Below, in pieces: positions 62,900 through 64,000 of a stretch of DNA of 64,000 nt. The position numbers and the translations under genes were made by a program. The DNA lies in contig CM060734.1 in assembly GCA_030704615.1 (NCBI GenBank), positions 20,584,001 through 20,648,000 on the forward strand, given 5' to 3'. Positions within the stretch are counted from its first letter, which is position 1; the number at the start of each line of letters is the position of its first letter. The notes beneath the pieces are model-generated. The model had not been told where the DNA came from. It worked only from the letters and a program-made list of their open reading frames with translations, and ran no database searches. The stretch comes from Takakia lepidozioides (taxonomy: Eukaryota > Plantae > Bryophyta).

Positions 62900-64000
62900 G
62901 TAACCAGACAACAAGAAGGAGCGTGGAGTTCACACATCAGGAGGGGGCGGGTAAAGCAGCCATGCAAATTGTTTACAGGTACCCACAGCCAGCGTTATAT
63001 GCAAAACCTGGGATATGAGGTGTGCCTGGGAAATGCGGCACCGCATTTGCACTTTGTGTTTTGGGTTGCACTCTGCGAAGACATTGTTCAAGAACTGTAC
63101 TGACGCATGTGGTGTGCATTGCAGGTATATGAAATACGTCCTACTTAAGATAGGGGCCCTGGAGCGCGAGCCCCCGTTCTTCATGGCTTGGAGCACTACG
63201 GGCGCAAGCTGTGTCTACACACCAGAGATTCAGAAACAATGGCATGCCTCGCATCTCGCTGGCTCCCCTGGTACCTGGACATGACGGGCGGAATTGTTGA
63301 TGAATCGGAGAAAGATCTGTACGCAAAAGCGGAGGAGAAGAGAAGGGAAAAACGTGTCCCTGGTGGGCTGGAAAAAGAAAATGACACTGCTGCTCTGGAA
63401 GAATCCAGAAAGGCAGCTGAGATGGCACAGAAGATGGTGGATGCGGCCTTGCAGGCTCAACAGAATGGGTCCAAGAAGAGGACCCGCCAGCAAGGAGCAG
63501 CGGTTGTGACTCCAAAGAAGACAAAGAAGCATAAACAGAAGGAGCTGGAAGAGGCTGAAGATGAGGGCTCAGATGGGGACTTTGTAACCAGCCCACCCCA
63601 AGAAACCCAGCTGAAATCCCCTGTGGCCACCGTTGATATGAAAGGCACGAGAACTGGCTCAGCAAAGAAGGCGCTCTTCAACCCCCCGGGGGGGCACCCG
63701 TTCGAGCCAGTGGAAACGAAGAGGCCGAAAGTGGAGCCAGAAACAAGAGTAGAGTGTGCCAATGAGAGTTTTTTGGCGGCATTGGATGGGCGGGCCACCA
63801 AGTTGGCACACATCAAGCAAATGGAGGGGCTGAAAGCTTTGTACCATGCCTGCAAGGCTGGTGCCAGATACCTGTTCGACATGGAAGGCGATGTGGGCAT
63901 TTTCACCAACGTCATTGCGGGTTTGCATGGAAGTTCGTCCTCACCCGCCCCCAAGGAGCCACCTTTGATTCTCGATGTCAGCGATCCCGACGACAAGGAT
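62900..64000 (+). pseudogene. Cargo gene fragment D (exon 5/6 homologs fused to the MTase C-terminus); runs off the window
   Basis: RSVEFTHQEGAGKAAMQIVYR|intron|YMKYVL...WYLD mirrors MULE-1 RSNDFDSQVGGEWAMMRVVYR|YTKYVL...WYLD; later LYHACKAGARYLFDMEGD mirrors TYHACKAGGRSLFGMEGD. Confidence 0.8.

Overview
Transposon-dense eukaryotic DNA, most likely heterochromatin of a seed-free land plant (inferred from GT-AG introns, plant-type Ty3, CACTA and Mutator elements, and plant-like SFT2 and F-box/kelch fragments). No intact host gene is present. The main result is an 11.3-kb Mutator-like DNA transposon (MULE-1, 6151-17494) with a 9-bp TSD (CAAAACAAC) and imperfect TIRs; its empty site is visible in a paralogous retroelement. 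It carries two head-to-head genes: an apparently intact ~1130-aa DDE/SWIM transposase, and a 10-exon ~1160-aa gene fusing a ParB/Srx-like domain to a beta-class N4/N6 DNA-methyltransferase-like domain. A deletion derivative with the same layout and its own 9-bp TSD lies at 24257-29157. Three more fragments of this cargo gene and one more distant ParB/MTase-like relic also occur. Each lineage is accompanied by arrays of its own palindrome (22-bp GAA-N3-CG-N4-CG-N3-TTC variants, or a 16-bp ACGGGAG-NN-CTCCCGT), mainly in introns and flanks. This suggests a transposon-borne protein plus cognate-site epigenetic system; the function is inference only. The rest is nested retro/DNA elements: two chromovirus-type Ty3 copies with TSDs, Athila-like and Tat-like relics, a CACTA relic, a Helitron-like end, and captured SFT2 and F-box/kelch fragments. 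All domain calls come from motif recognition by eye; no searches were run.
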